Assembly: GCF_004010195.1 (NCBI RefSeq)
Contig: NC_057759.1
Span: forward strand, 285,865 to 338,069
Direction: 5' to 3'
Length of the DNA: 52,205 bases
Source of the DNA: Chiloscyllium plagiosum
Taxonomy: Eukaryota
This document shows, one piece after another, positions 12,884 to 25,289 of this stretch (the first letter of the stretch is position 1; each line of letters starts with the position of its first letter). Below the pieces are notes generated by a model that worked only from the letters and a program-made list of their open reading frames with translations, did not search any database and had not been told where the DNA came from. The translations under genes and the position numbers were made by a program.

Positions 12884-13774
12884 TCAGTTCTCACTCTCAG
12901 CCTGGTGCTGATGCAAACACACTTTATCCACACTCCCATTCTGGTTGAGGGCCTGAGTAATGCAGAAGCATTTCTATACATTTTCATGAATGAATCACTG
13001 ATTTATAAGGAATTAAACCTACCTCAGTGTATCAGATCATGACATGCAGAACTGGAAACAAGGAGATAGACAGACAGAAACTGTCAGTGTGGTATAGGCC
13101 AGTACCGCTCCTTTAAAGTGATACAGGTTGGCAGCACAACAGAAAACTCACTCACACTCAGCTCGTTCATGGTGAAAGGGAAAAAAGAATGAAATTTCGG
13201 TCCAGGTATTTCCAAATATGGACAGTTATAAATTGACTTACATTTTACAGTGTCCAGCAGCAACTGATAAAGACTCCTGCATACGCAAAATGTAAAAAAA
13301 AAAATCTGAAAACAATAACATTCAGATTCATGGCAAAGGTAAACATTGAACCAACATTAATCCCTCATACACAAAGTGTTAGTGAATATTGATCGAGTTT
13401 ATCTAACACTCAGAACAAACAAATACAACTCAACATGTAAAGCTTCACACACTCCACCTGATGCTGTTGAATACAAAACCAAACTGGCACTATAGTTATT
13501 CAATGGCAGAATACTGCAGAACTAATCTCACGTTAGCATTTACCTTGAGATACTGGCAGTGAGTGGATGAAGTTCAGACGCCCAACAGTGAGTTGAAATT
13601 AGTATGGAGAACAGATGAACAACAGCCCAGTGCAGACACAATGGGCTGAATAGCTGTATCAATTCTGTGACTCTGTCATAAATCACAAAATGCAGAAGAG
13701 TTTAAGGCCCAATCACAACACCCTTAAAATCTACTATCACAGAATGAATCTCAGTCACAGACGATTCTCTTTCC

Positions 13775-13975
13775 TAAATTCATTCATGAGATGAGGGCAT
13801 CACTGGCTAGGCCAGTATTTATTGCCCATCCCTAACTACTCAGGGGTAGTTATGAATCAACCACATTGCTGCGGGTCTGGAGACACAAGGATGGCAGTTT
13901 CCTTACAGGACATTAGTGAACCAGATGGGTTTTCCTGACAATCAACCATAGATTCCTGGTGATGATTGGACTCTT
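13775..13975 (-). mobile_element. SINE or LINE-tail remnant
   Basis: Reverse complement ends GGGCAATAAATACTGGCCTAGCCAGTGATGCCCTCATCTCATGAATGAAT, related to the tail at 8670-8720. Confidence 0.5.
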
Positions 13976-14561
13976 AGAATATTATTGGCTGCCAGAGAAT
14001 TAAGCAACTTTCATACATAAAAAGAGTTGAAAGTAGTTGGTACTTGATTGAGTACTTGACTCTCACAGTCACACAGCAGAAACTGGCCAGTATAGATCAA
14101 TTCCAAAACTCTTGACACAACAGAAACTGACTAGTGGAGATTGACAGCTGCTCTCACTGATTCATTCTGCAGAAAATGAAAAGGTGAGAATGATACATAA
14201 ATACACATAAATACACACACACACACACACACAAAACTAACACATACACTTAGCAAACACTGGCAGCTACAGTCTGCTTAATACATTTGCACATTTATAA
14301 GTAAGATGCTGGCAGATACAGATTCATAACTCCATCCTGAGATACCCAGAGCAGAATATAACAGGGACAGATTGGTCAATCATACACATGTGCACATGGC
14401 AGAATATTTCAGAGGAAGACTGATAACTACATCCTCATCATCAAAACTTATTGGAACAAATTAATAACACTCCGTGTTTCAAATTGCATAAATTGACATG
14501 TACAGTTTGATAATGACACTCATGTTTACAGCACAGAAACTGACAGGTAGAAATTAATAAC

Positions 14562-15335
14562 AAAAATTGCTGGAAAATCCACACATTTGGCAGCATTTGT
14601 GCAGGGAAATCAGACTTAACATTTGAGGTCTAGTGACCCCTCCTTGGAACTGATTGTGTGCATTTTCCTAGCTACCATTGGTCTTCTCTATGCTGGAGAA
14701 ACTGAGTGTAGATTGGGTGTCCACTGTGCAGAACACCTACATTCTGTCCGGAAAAAAAAATGTCCCTGAGCTTCAGTAGTGTGCCACTTCAACGCACCAC
14801 CCTGTACCCTGGCCAACATCTCTGTCTCAGGCTTGCTGCAATGCTCCAGCAAAGTTCATTGCAAGCTGGAAGAACAGCACCTCATTTTCTGCTTGGGAAC
14901 TCGACAGCCTTCTGGACTCAATATTGAGTTCTACAACTTTAGAGCTAGAGCTCTCCCGTATCATTACCCAAAACCTCTCTCACCACACAGGGTTATCACA
15001 GGCTCTTCTATTGTACACCAAAACTCACTAACAGTCTCTATTAATACCTATTACCATCCTCGTCTGACTGTGATCCACTAGTTTATCTGTTCAACTGTTC
15101 TTCCCTCTCTTTGGATTCTATATCCATCCACCTTATTCCCTTACCCTTCAACACACCCTGTCCTCTGCAGAAAATCTAATATTTCCTTGGCTACCATCTC
15201 TTCACAGGAAGGGTAACTAGACTGGAAATGTTAACAATGATTTCTGTCCATAGACTCTGTCAGACCTGCTGAGCTTTTCCAGCAATTTGTTTTAGTTTCT
15301 GATTTCCAGCATCTGCAGTTCTTTTGGTTTTCATT
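14562..15335 (+). mobile_element. Penelope-like 3' fragment (GIY-YIG C-terminus plus pLTR, with inverted 5' pLTR piece)
   Basis: CHFNAPPC...KLEEQHLIFCLGTRQPSGLNIEF; 14562-14650 is inverse to about 15200-15290; flanking TAGA(A/G)ATTAATAAC at 14548 and 15336. Confidence 0.78.
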
Positions 15336-15604
15336 TAGAGATTAATAACTACATTTTCATATTCACAGAACAGAAACTACCAGGGAAAATTGATAACCAC
15401 ATTCACATGTTCACAAAAGAAATTCTGTCCGGCAAACATTGATAAATGCACTCACATTTACATTACAGAGCCTGACCGGGAAGGGTTCTTAACTAAACAA
15501 AACATTCATGAAGCAAAAACTGACAGGGACTATTAAAAAGTAAATTCTCATATTCATATAGCAGAACCTGGCAGACTTAGATTGACAATTACCCAAACAC
15601 ATTC

Positions 15605-16221
15605 AGTATTGAGTACAGTTGTTGGGAGGTCACCTTGCAGCTGTACAGGACATTGGTTAGGCCACTGTTGGAATATTGCATGCAATTCTGGTCTCCTTCC
15701 TATAGGAATGATATTGTGAAACTTGAAAGGGTTCAGAAACAATTTACAAGGATGTTGCCAGGTTTGGAGGATTTGAGCTATCAGGAGAGGTTGAATAGGC
15801 GAGGGCTATTTTCTCTGGAGCATCGGAGGCTGAGGGGGACATTAGAAAGGTTTATAAAATCATGAGGGGCGTGGAAAGGATAAATAAACAAAGTCTTTTC
15901 CCTGGGGTGGGGGAGTCCAGAACTAGAGGGCATAGGTTTAGGGCGAGAGGGGAAAGATATAAAAGAGACCTAAGGGGCATGTTTTCATGCAGAGTGTGGT
16001 ACTTGTATGGAATGACCTGCCAGAAGGAAGTGGTGGAGGCTGGTACAATTGCAGCACTTAAAAGACATCTAGATGGGTATATGAACAAGAAGTATTTGGA
16101 GGGATATGGGCCGGCTGCTGCCAGGTGGGACAAGATTGGGTTGGGATATCTAGTTGGCATAGACAAGTTGGACTGAAGAGTCTGTTTTCGTGCTGTGCAT
16201 ATCAATGATGATGACTCTATG
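15605..16221 (+). mobile_element. CR1/HER1 LINE 3' portion
   Basis: LYRTLVRPLLEYCMQFWSP...LERVQKQFTRMLPGL...LFSLEHRRLRG, RTRGHRF, then 3' tail. Confidence 0.92.
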
Positions 16222-16237
16222 ACGTTCACCAAGCAGA

Positions 16238-16770
16238 TTTCCTCAGATGGCTAAGGGAATTCAGCATGTCCATAAAGACTCTTGCAAGTCTTTATAGATG
16301 CACCACAGAAAGCGTCCTATTTGGATGTGTCACAGCGTAGTATGGCTTCTGTTCTACCCAAGACCACAAGAAACTACAGAGAGTTGTGACTCAGCCCAGT
16401 CCATCTCTGAAAGCAGCCTTCCATCCAAAGGCTCAATTTCCACTTCACCCTGTCTCGGGAAAGCAACCAACAACATGGAAGACCCATCCGACCCTAGTTA
16501 TACGCTCCTCCACCCTGATCTGTCAGGGGGAAAATACAGAAGTTTGAATACACCATCGAACAGATTCAAGAACAGCTTCTCTGCTATTGTTAGATTTTGA
16601 ATGGACCTCTAAACTTTGATGCTAATCTCTGTCTGCACCTTCTCTGCAGCTTTAACACTGTATCCTGGATTCTGTTCTAATTACCTTGATGAACTTTGAA
16701 TGAGATGATCTACCTGTAAGGTGCACAAAACTATACTTTTCAATTTATCTCAGGACATGTGATAACAATG
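16238..16770 (+). mobile_element. Rex1/Babar-type LINE 3' fragment
   Basis: Translates as LRWLREFSMSIKTLASLYRCTTESVL, later DPSDPSYTL...SGGKYRSL...NRFKNSF. Confidence 0.7.
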
Positions 16771-17248
16771 ACTGCAGTCTTATGTTCATATAGCAGAATC
16801 TGAGGGGTACAGGCTGATAACTACAGTCACACAAACTGACAGGAAAAGATGAATAAATACACTCAAAATACTGGAATTACAGAGCCTGACAGGGAAAGAT
16901 TGATCACTAAACTCTATTGGTCACTAATCAGAAGCTGATAGCAACAGATGAAAACTCAGCTCACACATTCACATAGCAGGGATAGATTGACAATTACACA
17001 GACATATTCACCAAGCAGAAATTGACAGCTGCAGATTGATAACTATATTTATGTATTCACGCAGCAGAGTCTGAAAGGTACAGACTGAGTTACACTCACT
17101 TTGACAAAGAAGATAACTGTACTCCCACATTCACATCGCTGAAACTGACAGCTCCAGTTTGATTAATGCACCTACATTCACAGAGCAGAAGCTGATGATT
17201 ACTGATCAGTAACTGTATTCACATATTGACCGGGAAGAAACTGACAGG

Positions 17249-17468
17249 AGAAAGTGAGGTCTGCAGATGCTGGAGATCAAAGTTGAAACTTTATTGCTGG
17301 AACAGCACAGCAGGTCAGGCAGCATCCAGGGAACAGGAGATTCGACGTTTCGGGCACAGGCCCTTCTTCAGGAATGACTGAAGAAGGGCCTGTGCCCGAA
17401 ACGTCGAATCTCCTGTTCCCTGGATGCTGCCTGACCTGCTGTGCTGTTCCAGCAATAAAGTTTCAACC
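17249..17468. mobile_element. Penelope-like pLTR insertion, family A, with perfect 90-bp inverted repeat
   Basis: Arms 17282-17371 and 17378-17467, 6-nt spacer; AAGAAACTGACAGG at 17235-17248 and 17469-17482. Confidence 0.88.
17340..17375 (-). ncRNA. Minimal type I hammerhead ribozyme, intact core
   Basis: Minus strand ATTC-CTGAAGA-A-GGGC(CTGT)GCCC-GAAA-CGTC-GAAT: stems I and II, palindromic ACGT, GUC site. Confidence 0.82.
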
Positions 17469-18744
17469 AAGAAACTGACAGGGACAAGTTGGTATCGACT
17501 CTCTCAAATTGACGTGGTAGAAACAGATTGACAAAGACACTCTGGTGTCAAATAGCAAAACCTGACAGGTACTGTTTGATAACTGCATTCACACATTGGT
17601 ATCACTAAAGCAGACAAATAGAGATCAATACCTACATTCACACAGAAGAAACTGATGGGTACAATTTGATGACTGCATATAATATTTATACAGGAAAAAC
17701 TGACAGGTAGATACTGATAATGACACTTGCGTTCTCATAGCTGAAACTGACAGGTTCGGGTTGATAATACACTATCAGATACATAGAAACTGTTCAGGAC
17801 AGATTGGCATGTAAACTCTCACATTCACAGGGCAGAAACTGACAGGTACATATTGATGACCAAACCCTCACATCCCCATCAGTGAAACACATAGGGACTG
17901 ATTTTATTTATTTAAAATATATTTGACAACCAGTCCTGCAAGTTTATTCTGTGTGGATATATGAGTTGAGTTATCAATCCATACCTGTCAGTTAATGCTA
18001 TGTGAATGTGTGAGTGTATTTATTAATCTGTCCCTGTCAGTCTCTGCAATGCCAAAATGTAAATATATTTACCAGATTGTGACAGGGACAGATTGATAAC
18101 TACATTCACTCTCACATTTGCACAGCTTATACTGATAGGGACAGGTTGACAGCTGTACTCCCACATTCACCTTGCAGGAACAGACAGGTATGGATTGATA
18201 AGGAAACTCTCGATCCAGATACACACTTGTATTGATTTGCCCTATTGTGGAGGTGTTGGTTAGTATCTGGTTCTCAGTGAATTAGTATAGATATTTTTAT
18301 TACAATCACCAGACAAAGAGCAGCTCAGGCCAAGAATAGAATCAGACCTGTAGTTCAGTTGGACTTGCCGGTTTGAAAGAAAAACAGCCTAATGATTATT
18401 AAATGAATGTTGCATTCACCGGTTTAATACTGTCAAATTTAATGTTGATTTACAGGCGATGTCTCTTCTGTCTTCCTCCAGACAAATACTTGACGGACCA
18501 AGACACATTCTCTCGGGGCGAAGCCAAGTGTGATCAGTTCCTTCTAACAAACAGCAGGTATGTTACCGTTGTCAGACCAAAGAACATCCTTTCCACAGTC
18601 ACAGAGCAGTTTGAATTAGATGCACATTCAGCTCAATTTCAAACAGAATCAAATACCAACAAGGAATTACAATTTTTAAAATCTCTCTCCATTCTCCATG
18701 CACATCACTCCATTTCCAATAAATGTTATTATTCACAGCCATAT

Positions 18745-19985
18745 AGTCATAGATTTATACTGCACAGAAACAGACACTTTGGCTTTACTCATCCATGCCA
18801 ACCAGATAGTGGGTGGCATGATGCCACAGTGGTTAGCACTGCGGCCTCACAGCACCAGAGACCTGGGTTCATTTCCTGCCTCAGGCGACTGACTGTGTGG
18901 ACTTTGCACATTCTCCCCGTGTCTGCGTGGATTTCCTCCGGGTGCTCCGGTTTCCTCCCACAGTCCAAAAATGTGCAGGTTAGGTGAATTGGCTGTGCTA
19001 ATTGCCCCTAGTGTTAGGTGAAGGGGTAAATATAGGGGAATGGGTCCGGGTGGGTTGCGCTTTGGCAGGTCGGTCTGGACTTGTTGGGCCGAAGGGCCTG
19101 TTTCCACACTGTAAGTAATCTGTAAAAAAAAAAAATCCTGAACTAATCCAGTCTCATTTGCCAGCACGTGGCCCATATCCCTCTAAAACCTTTCTGTTCT
19201 TGTATCCATTCAAGTGCCTTTTAAATGGTGTAATTGTACCAGTCTCCACCAATTTCTCTGGCAGCTCATTCTATACACACACTACGTCACATTGAAAAAA
19301 TTGCCCTCCAGATCCCTTTTAAATCTTCCCCTCTAACCCTAAGCCTATGCCCTCTCGTGGTCTCCCCTACCCCAGGGAATAAATGTTGTCTATTTATCCT
19401 ATCCATAGCTCTCGTGATTTTATAAACCTCTATTAGGTTACCCCTCTGAAAAGAGCCTTAAGCCTATTCAACATCTCCCGATACCTCAAATACTCCAACC
19501 TTGGCAACATTCTTGGAAATCTTTTCTGAACCCCTTCAAGTTTCACAATATCTTTCCGATAGGTTGGAGACTAGAATTGCATGCAATACTCCAACAGTGG
19601 TCTGACCAATATCCTGTACAGCCGCAACATGATCTCCCAACTCCTGTAATCAATTCACTGACCAATAAAGGAAAGCATACCAAACACCGCCTTCACTATC
19701 CTATCCACCTGCAACTCCACTTTCAAGAAGCTATGAACCTGCACTCCAAGGTCTCTTTGTTCAGCAACACTCCCTAGGACCTTATCATTAAGTGTATAAG
19801 TCTTGCTAAGATTTGCTTTCCCAAAATGCAGCACGTCACATTTATCTAAATTAAACTCCATCTGCCACTTCTCAGCCCATTGGCCCATCTGATCAAGATT
19901 CTGTTGTAATCGGAGGTAATCTTCTTCGCTGTCCATTACACTCCAATTTTGGTGTCATCTGCATACTTACTAACTATACCTCTTG
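18745..19985 (-). mobile_element. CR1/HER1 LINE 3' portion interrupted by a SINE
   Basis: LQQNLDQMGQWAEKWQMEFNLDKCDVLHFG...EQRDLGVQV. Confidence 0.88.
18811..19122 (+). mobile_element. HE1/V-SINE
   Basis: Full head, V-domain and HER1-like tail. Confidence 0.92.
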
Positions 19986-19986
19986 T

Positions 19987-20548
19987 CAGGTGGGTCAGTG
20001 GGCTGAGGAGTGGCAGTTGTAGTTTAGTTTACATACATTTTCATAAGGCAAACCAAGACACGAATTACACACTTAACGGTAGGGCACTGGGGAGTGTTGC
20101 TTAACGAAGAAACCTCAGTGTGCCGGTGAAGATTTCCTTGAATGTACTCCCAACAGGTTTATTTGGAAGCACTAGCTTTCAAAGCACTGTTCCTTCTTCA
20201 ACCACCTGATGAAGGCGCAGTGCTTCAAAAGCTAGTGTTTCCAAATAAACCTGTTGGACGAAAACCTGGTGTTGTATTATTTTTCAGTTTGTCCACCCGA
20301 GTCCAACACTGCCACCTCCAAGTCCATGAAAGTAGTTGCAGATAGACAGGGTGGTGAAAAGGGCATTTGGCGTGCTTGCCTTCATTGTTCAGAATATTGC
20401 GTGTAGGAGTTGGGAGGTCATCGGGTGGCTGTGCAAGGTATTGATGAATTCACTTTTAGGAGATTGTGTACAATTGTCATCAACCTGCTACAGGAAGGAT
20501 GTTGTTTAACTTGAGGTGGTACAGTAAAGATTTACAAGGACGTTATAG
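19987..20548 (+). mobile_element. Decayed CR1 LINE fragment
   Basis: Similar to the adjacent CR1 but in the opposite orientation; interrupted at about 20143-20320. Confidence 0.7.
20143..20320. mobile_element. Penelope-like pLTR insertion, family B, with inverted hammerhead pair
   Basis: Imperfect arms 20150-20200 and 20207-20257; CTGATGA at 20206; GAAA mutated to AAAA before GCTAGTG. Confidence 0.75.
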
Positions 20549-21832
20549 AGATATAGAGTACAGCAAAGAAACAGACCCTTTGGCCCACCATGTCCATGAT
20601 GTTCAATAAACACCAAACTGCATTCATCCCATTTACCTGCACTTGGCCCCTAGCTGACTATACCCTGACTTTTTAAAGGCACATCCAGATGCTGTTTAAA
20701 TGCTGTGAGAGTACCCAACCACCCTCTCAGGCAGAACGTTCCAAACTTTACCCACCCTCTGGGTCAAAATATTTTTCTCACATTTCCTCTAAGCTGTTTT
20801 CTCCTCAACTTCAACTTGTGCTGTCTGGACTTAGACACATTGGTCACAGGGAGAAAGATTCTCTCAACCTACTCTGCCTACATTTCTGATAATCTGGTAT
20901 TCTTAGTCAGATCCTCCCTCAGCCTCCTTTGCTCCAAGGAAACAAAACTCAGCCTATCCAGTCTTGCCTCATAACGGTGACTTTCCAACCCACTGCACCC
21001 TCTCCAGTACAATCACATCCTTCTGATAGGGTGGCAGTCAGACCTGCACACAGTATTCCATCTGTGGCCTAATCAATGTTCTATAAAGTTGTCTTAAGAG
21101 TGCCTTGCTTTTAAATTGTACAGCTCCGGTAATAAAGGCCAGCATTCTGTATGCCTCCTTCAGTAGCCTGTCCACCTGTGTTGTTTCCTTCTGGGATCTA
21201 TAGACTTGTATACCAAGGTCCCTTTGTTCCTCAGTACTCCCTCAGGAGTGTAATTCTTTCCCTTGTTAGACCTCCTAAAATGCATTATCTCACACTTATC
21301 CGGAATATCAGAGCCATTGTTCTGCCGGCTGTACTCATATTGTAGCCTGAGACCATCCCCCTCACTGTCAACCGTGCTGCCAATTTTCATGTCAAAGAAG
21401 AATGAACAGTACAGCACAGTCACATGCCCTTTGCCCTCCAAGCCTGCACCAACACATTTTGCACTTCCACACTAAAATATCATCTATAAATATAGTAATT
21501 ATAGATTCTACATTCACATCCAAGTCGTTAATGTACATAATGAACAGCAAGTGGCCCAGCACTGATCCCTGTGGGACACCGCTGGTCACAGGCTTCCAAT
21601 CACAAACACAACCCATCACCATCACACTTTGCATCCTGTCTGCAAGCTAATTTCAGATCCAGTTTGCTTAAGACTCCAAGAGCTGAAAATGTGTTGCTGG
21701 AAAAGCGCAGCAGGTCAGGCAGCATCCAAGGAACAGGATAATCGCGTTTCGGGCATAAGCCCTTCTTCAGGAGTCTTTAAGACTCCAAGACCAATCTTCG
21801 ACCAGTCTTTTATATGGGACTTTGTCAAAGGC
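20549..21832 (-). mobile_element. CR1 LINE (RT to 3' end); resumes briefly at 22836-22882
   Basis: WKPVTSGVPQGSVLGHLLFIMYINDLD, DKCEIMHF. Confidence 0.85.
21682..21776 (-). mobile_element. 95-bp Penelope-like pLTR insertion, family A
   Basis: Minus strand CTGAAGA-A-GGGC(TTAT)GCCC-GAAA-CGCG; exact 14-bp duplication TTAAGACTCCAAGA at 21668-21681 and 21777-21790. Confidence 0.82.
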
Positions 21833-22835
21833 TATCGGGGTGGCCTGTACCTGCCAGAATAGAGTGGCCCATATCTGTTAACACAAACTGACCGATAAGT
21901 GGAAAGTAGAATTAAACAGCAGGACGTGAGAGACAATGGCAGAAACTAAGCACATCAGCCTGTTCACACACAGTAAGACATAATGATACCATTGAACAAG
22001 CCACTCAGAGGACAGTAAAAAAAGACCCAGCCTGTTCCCATTCGAATCAGTTCTGACAAGCAGACCTAAGGTCTGAGAAACGAGTAACTCCAGCCACATT
22101 AAATGAAATGGAATTGTGCCAGTAAATGAACAGGCACCAGATGTTAGATACAGCCCCTAAAACAACTGAGGGGGCAACAGCTAAAGTTATCTTATACTAC
22201 TCAGTTTCATAACTGTGTGACTTTACACATTTGAACTAACTTTATAACAGAAATTAAAATTACAAATTTTTAGCAAATAGTGCAAAATTAACTTTTTTTG
22301 TTTTTTCTTCATATATAATAAGGATTTTGGGGGTAAGAGAAGCAATGGATTAAAATTAAATACAATGAATAACAGCATTCAGGATGTCCCTCAAGATCAG
22401 CTAGACTGACAGAAACCTGAAGGAGTACAGCAAGTAACTCTGGAATGTGAACAAATAGAATACGTAGAAAGATCCCAAGGCCGAGCGATTACAGTATCTG
22501 CTAATCACCTTGAGATCATGTGAACCTGGAGCTGTCCAATGGATGCCCATCATTGAATAGGTGTCTCATAGGATAGGGTTTGCAAAGTAAGAGGGAAGAA
22601 CATATTAATCACATTGTTTGTGATTGTTCACAGAATGTGAACAATAAATACTGCTTTTTTTAATAGTAAAATCAGAGTGTGCCTTGGATCTCTCTACTGA
22701 GGCCAGTCTCAGGGGAAGGTTGTTTGGTCCTCTCCCTGCATTAACCGGTTTCTTCTTGAATAAACACCTACCACTTGCCTGAATCCTGCCTGCCTCCTGA
22801 GTCTTTCATCTCTGGTCGGGGATTATGCTCCTACA
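21833..22835 (+). mobile_element. Putative solo LTR
   Basis: Splits a CR1 at TCAAAGGC|CTTACTG; ends CTACA; AATAAA near 22759; related to 5325-6147. Confidence 0.6.
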
Positions 22836-22894
22836 GAGGCCTTACTGTAGTCCATGTAAACTACATCAACTGCACTACTCCCATCAGTATATTT

Positions 22895-23358
22895 TGTTAC
22901 CCAGGACTAGAGGATTTGAGTTATGGAGAGAGGCCAAATAGGCTGTTGTTTTTTCCCCCTGGACCGTCTGAGGCTGAGGTATGACCTTATTGAGGTTAAT
23001 AAAATCATGAGTGACATTGAGAGGGTGAATACGCAAGGTCTTTTTTCTAGTGTTGGGGAGTCCAAAAATAGAGGGCATAGGTTTAAGGTGAGAAGGAAAA
23101 GGTTTAAAAAGCACGTGTGGGGTTACTTTATCATTGCAGAGGGTGGTGCTTGTATGGAATGAGCTACCAGAGGAAGTGGAGGTGGTGGGTACAATTACAA
23201 ACTTATGTAGGCACCTGGATCGGTACATGAATAGGATGGGTTTAGAGGGGGACAGACCAAATGCTGGCAAATGGGACTTAGTCAGATTAGGATCTCTGGT
23301 CAGCACTAACAGCATGGACCAAAGGACCTGTTTCTGTGCTGTATAACTGTATGACACT
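22895..23358 (+). mobile_element. CR1/HER1 LINE 3' end
   Basis: PGLEDLSYGER, RGHRFKV, RVVLVWNELPEEV. Confidence 0.88.
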
Positions 23359-24844
23359 CTGAAGGCCAGACCTTGATATCACTAATCCCAGTTAGATTCC
23401 GTACTATCAGAATTGGAAAAGTCCATTGCTTTTCCCACCTTGACTTTTAAGAACAGCACAGACTCATTTCTGTGGCAATGTGTTACAGTTTTACTTGTCT
23501 GTGAATCCTACAGATACAAACAATTACAGAAAATAAGATCTTTCCCATTCACTTCAGTAAACATGAACTGAGAACTCTCTCCTGTCCTACTCTACTAACT
23601 GGCTGTCCACTTTACAGCAAACATTTAAACTGTTCAATAACACAATGCAGGAAGACTGAAGTAGGGTCAAGTGAGTATGGGCATCCTCCCTGTGTCATAA
23701 CTGTTCCTTTCAAAACTCTTTTTTATATATAAAATAAGTGTGTATACACAATGGAGAACAGCCTGAGTAGTCAACATTAAAGTTTAGTGTCTAAGTTCTT
23801 CACGAGACAATGTGGCTCTACTCTGTGGCGGCCTGTCACATCTGAGCAGAGTTTTGAAGGACCAGTCTCATTGAATAGCACAGACTGACTGGTAGATAGT
23901 AATTCCCAAGTACACAAGCCGTACAAGTGAATAGAAGGGCAGAGCAAACAGTTGCTGACTGTGCCAGTTATTGTCCTTATTCATGTAATGAAGGGTGTGA
24001 AGGCAACTGATTTCTGGATGCAACAAAGAATGAGATCGTGCCAACACAGAGTAAGTATAGAATAACTTGCAAAGTCCAGAAATACTGTCAGGTTAGTCGG
24101 TCCATTGGCAAAAATAGAAGAATCATGCCTGCAAGGATCACATGGTTGGGAGAGCGAGCATTTCATTAATTAAGTTAAACAGGACAGGGTAAGAGTGAAA
24201 TATGTCTGTCCCAGTGTACAAGTGAACGTCTAATCAAATTTAAATGCATGGTATCACATTGGTCAAAAAGTAAACTCCACTTGTTCATTCAGAAATACTG
24301 AACCCCCCTATTGCATCATCACAATGTATTCCAGTTTAGTAGGGAAAGAAGGAAATAAACATTCAGATTAAGTATTCATCCAATTATCTCACCATGGTTT
24401 AAACTTGCCGTCTGACTCTATGACTGTATGTAATTCATGTATCAATTTTGTTTGTCCAGACTGGAGGAATTAGATAGCAGGCCAAGTGTCAGATTGAAAC
24501 AAATATCGCAATTTAATTTGTTTCCACAAAGTGAAAACAGAACACATCTCTGACAAAATGACTGAATAAGTACTTTGTTTTCAAGTGGTCTAAAGGGAAA
24601 TGAAATATTGACCCGAAAAGGTACACATTCAGACAGATACCCAGAGATAATTGGACACAATGAAAAAGCTCTCATAAAGTGTTCTTGTTCTAAACATGTG
24701 AACAATAAATTCAAAATGCACTTCAGAATATAACTTACAATCATAAACCGTACCATAGAATAAAAGTTGTGGAAATTGTCCAAACTGCTCGACACTGTCA
24801 GAGACTGACATTAGTATTAAAAAGTCTCACTTTCATTTACAGTA

Positions 24845-25176
24845 CATAGAATTTCTCCAGTGCAGATAGAGGTCATTTGGCCCATCCCTCTACAACAACT
24901 CTCCAAAGCGAATCCCACCTAGATGTAGACCCCACCCAATCCCCATAACTCCGCGTTTACCATAGTTAACCCACTGACACTGCACATCCTTGAAGACTAC
25001 AGGACAATTTACCATGGCTAATCCAGCAAACCTGCACATGTTTGGACCATGCAGAAAAACAAGAGCACCCAGCGGAAACCCATGGAGACACGAGCAGAAC
25101 GTGCAACCTGCACACAGGTAATGAAGCCTGGTTGGAATTGAATCTGTGTCCCTGGCACCACTGTGCCACCATGCCA
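24845..25176 (-). mobile_element. Diverged V-SINE
   Basis: Reverse complement has GGCATGGTGGCACAGTGG, V-domain and GGCCAAATGACCTC tail. Confidence 0.8.
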
Positions 25177-25289
25177 TCCTGATATGGATGGCAATCAATG
25201 AAATCTTATTCATGTTGAGCAACAGAGATTTGAAGTAAAAAGAGATCCTACAGTTTCTGCAAGTGTCATGTTTAACAGAGACTAATGTG

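Larger units (their letters stand above)
14060..18230 (+). repeat. Degenerate 49-bp tandem repeat array interrupted by retroelements
   Basis: Recurring CAGAAACTGACAGG-N-AGATTGATAACTACACTCACATTCACATAG units; clearest at 16780-18230. Confidence 0.8.

Noticed and set aside
16780-18230. CRISPR array or C2H2 zinc-finger array
   Set aside because: Eukaryotic context; units are 49 bp and degenerate along their whole length, with no unique spacers, no 84-bp period and no ORF
18403-18987. 194-aa ORF as a gene
   Set aside because: Runs through a LINE tail and a SINE; no recognisable domain
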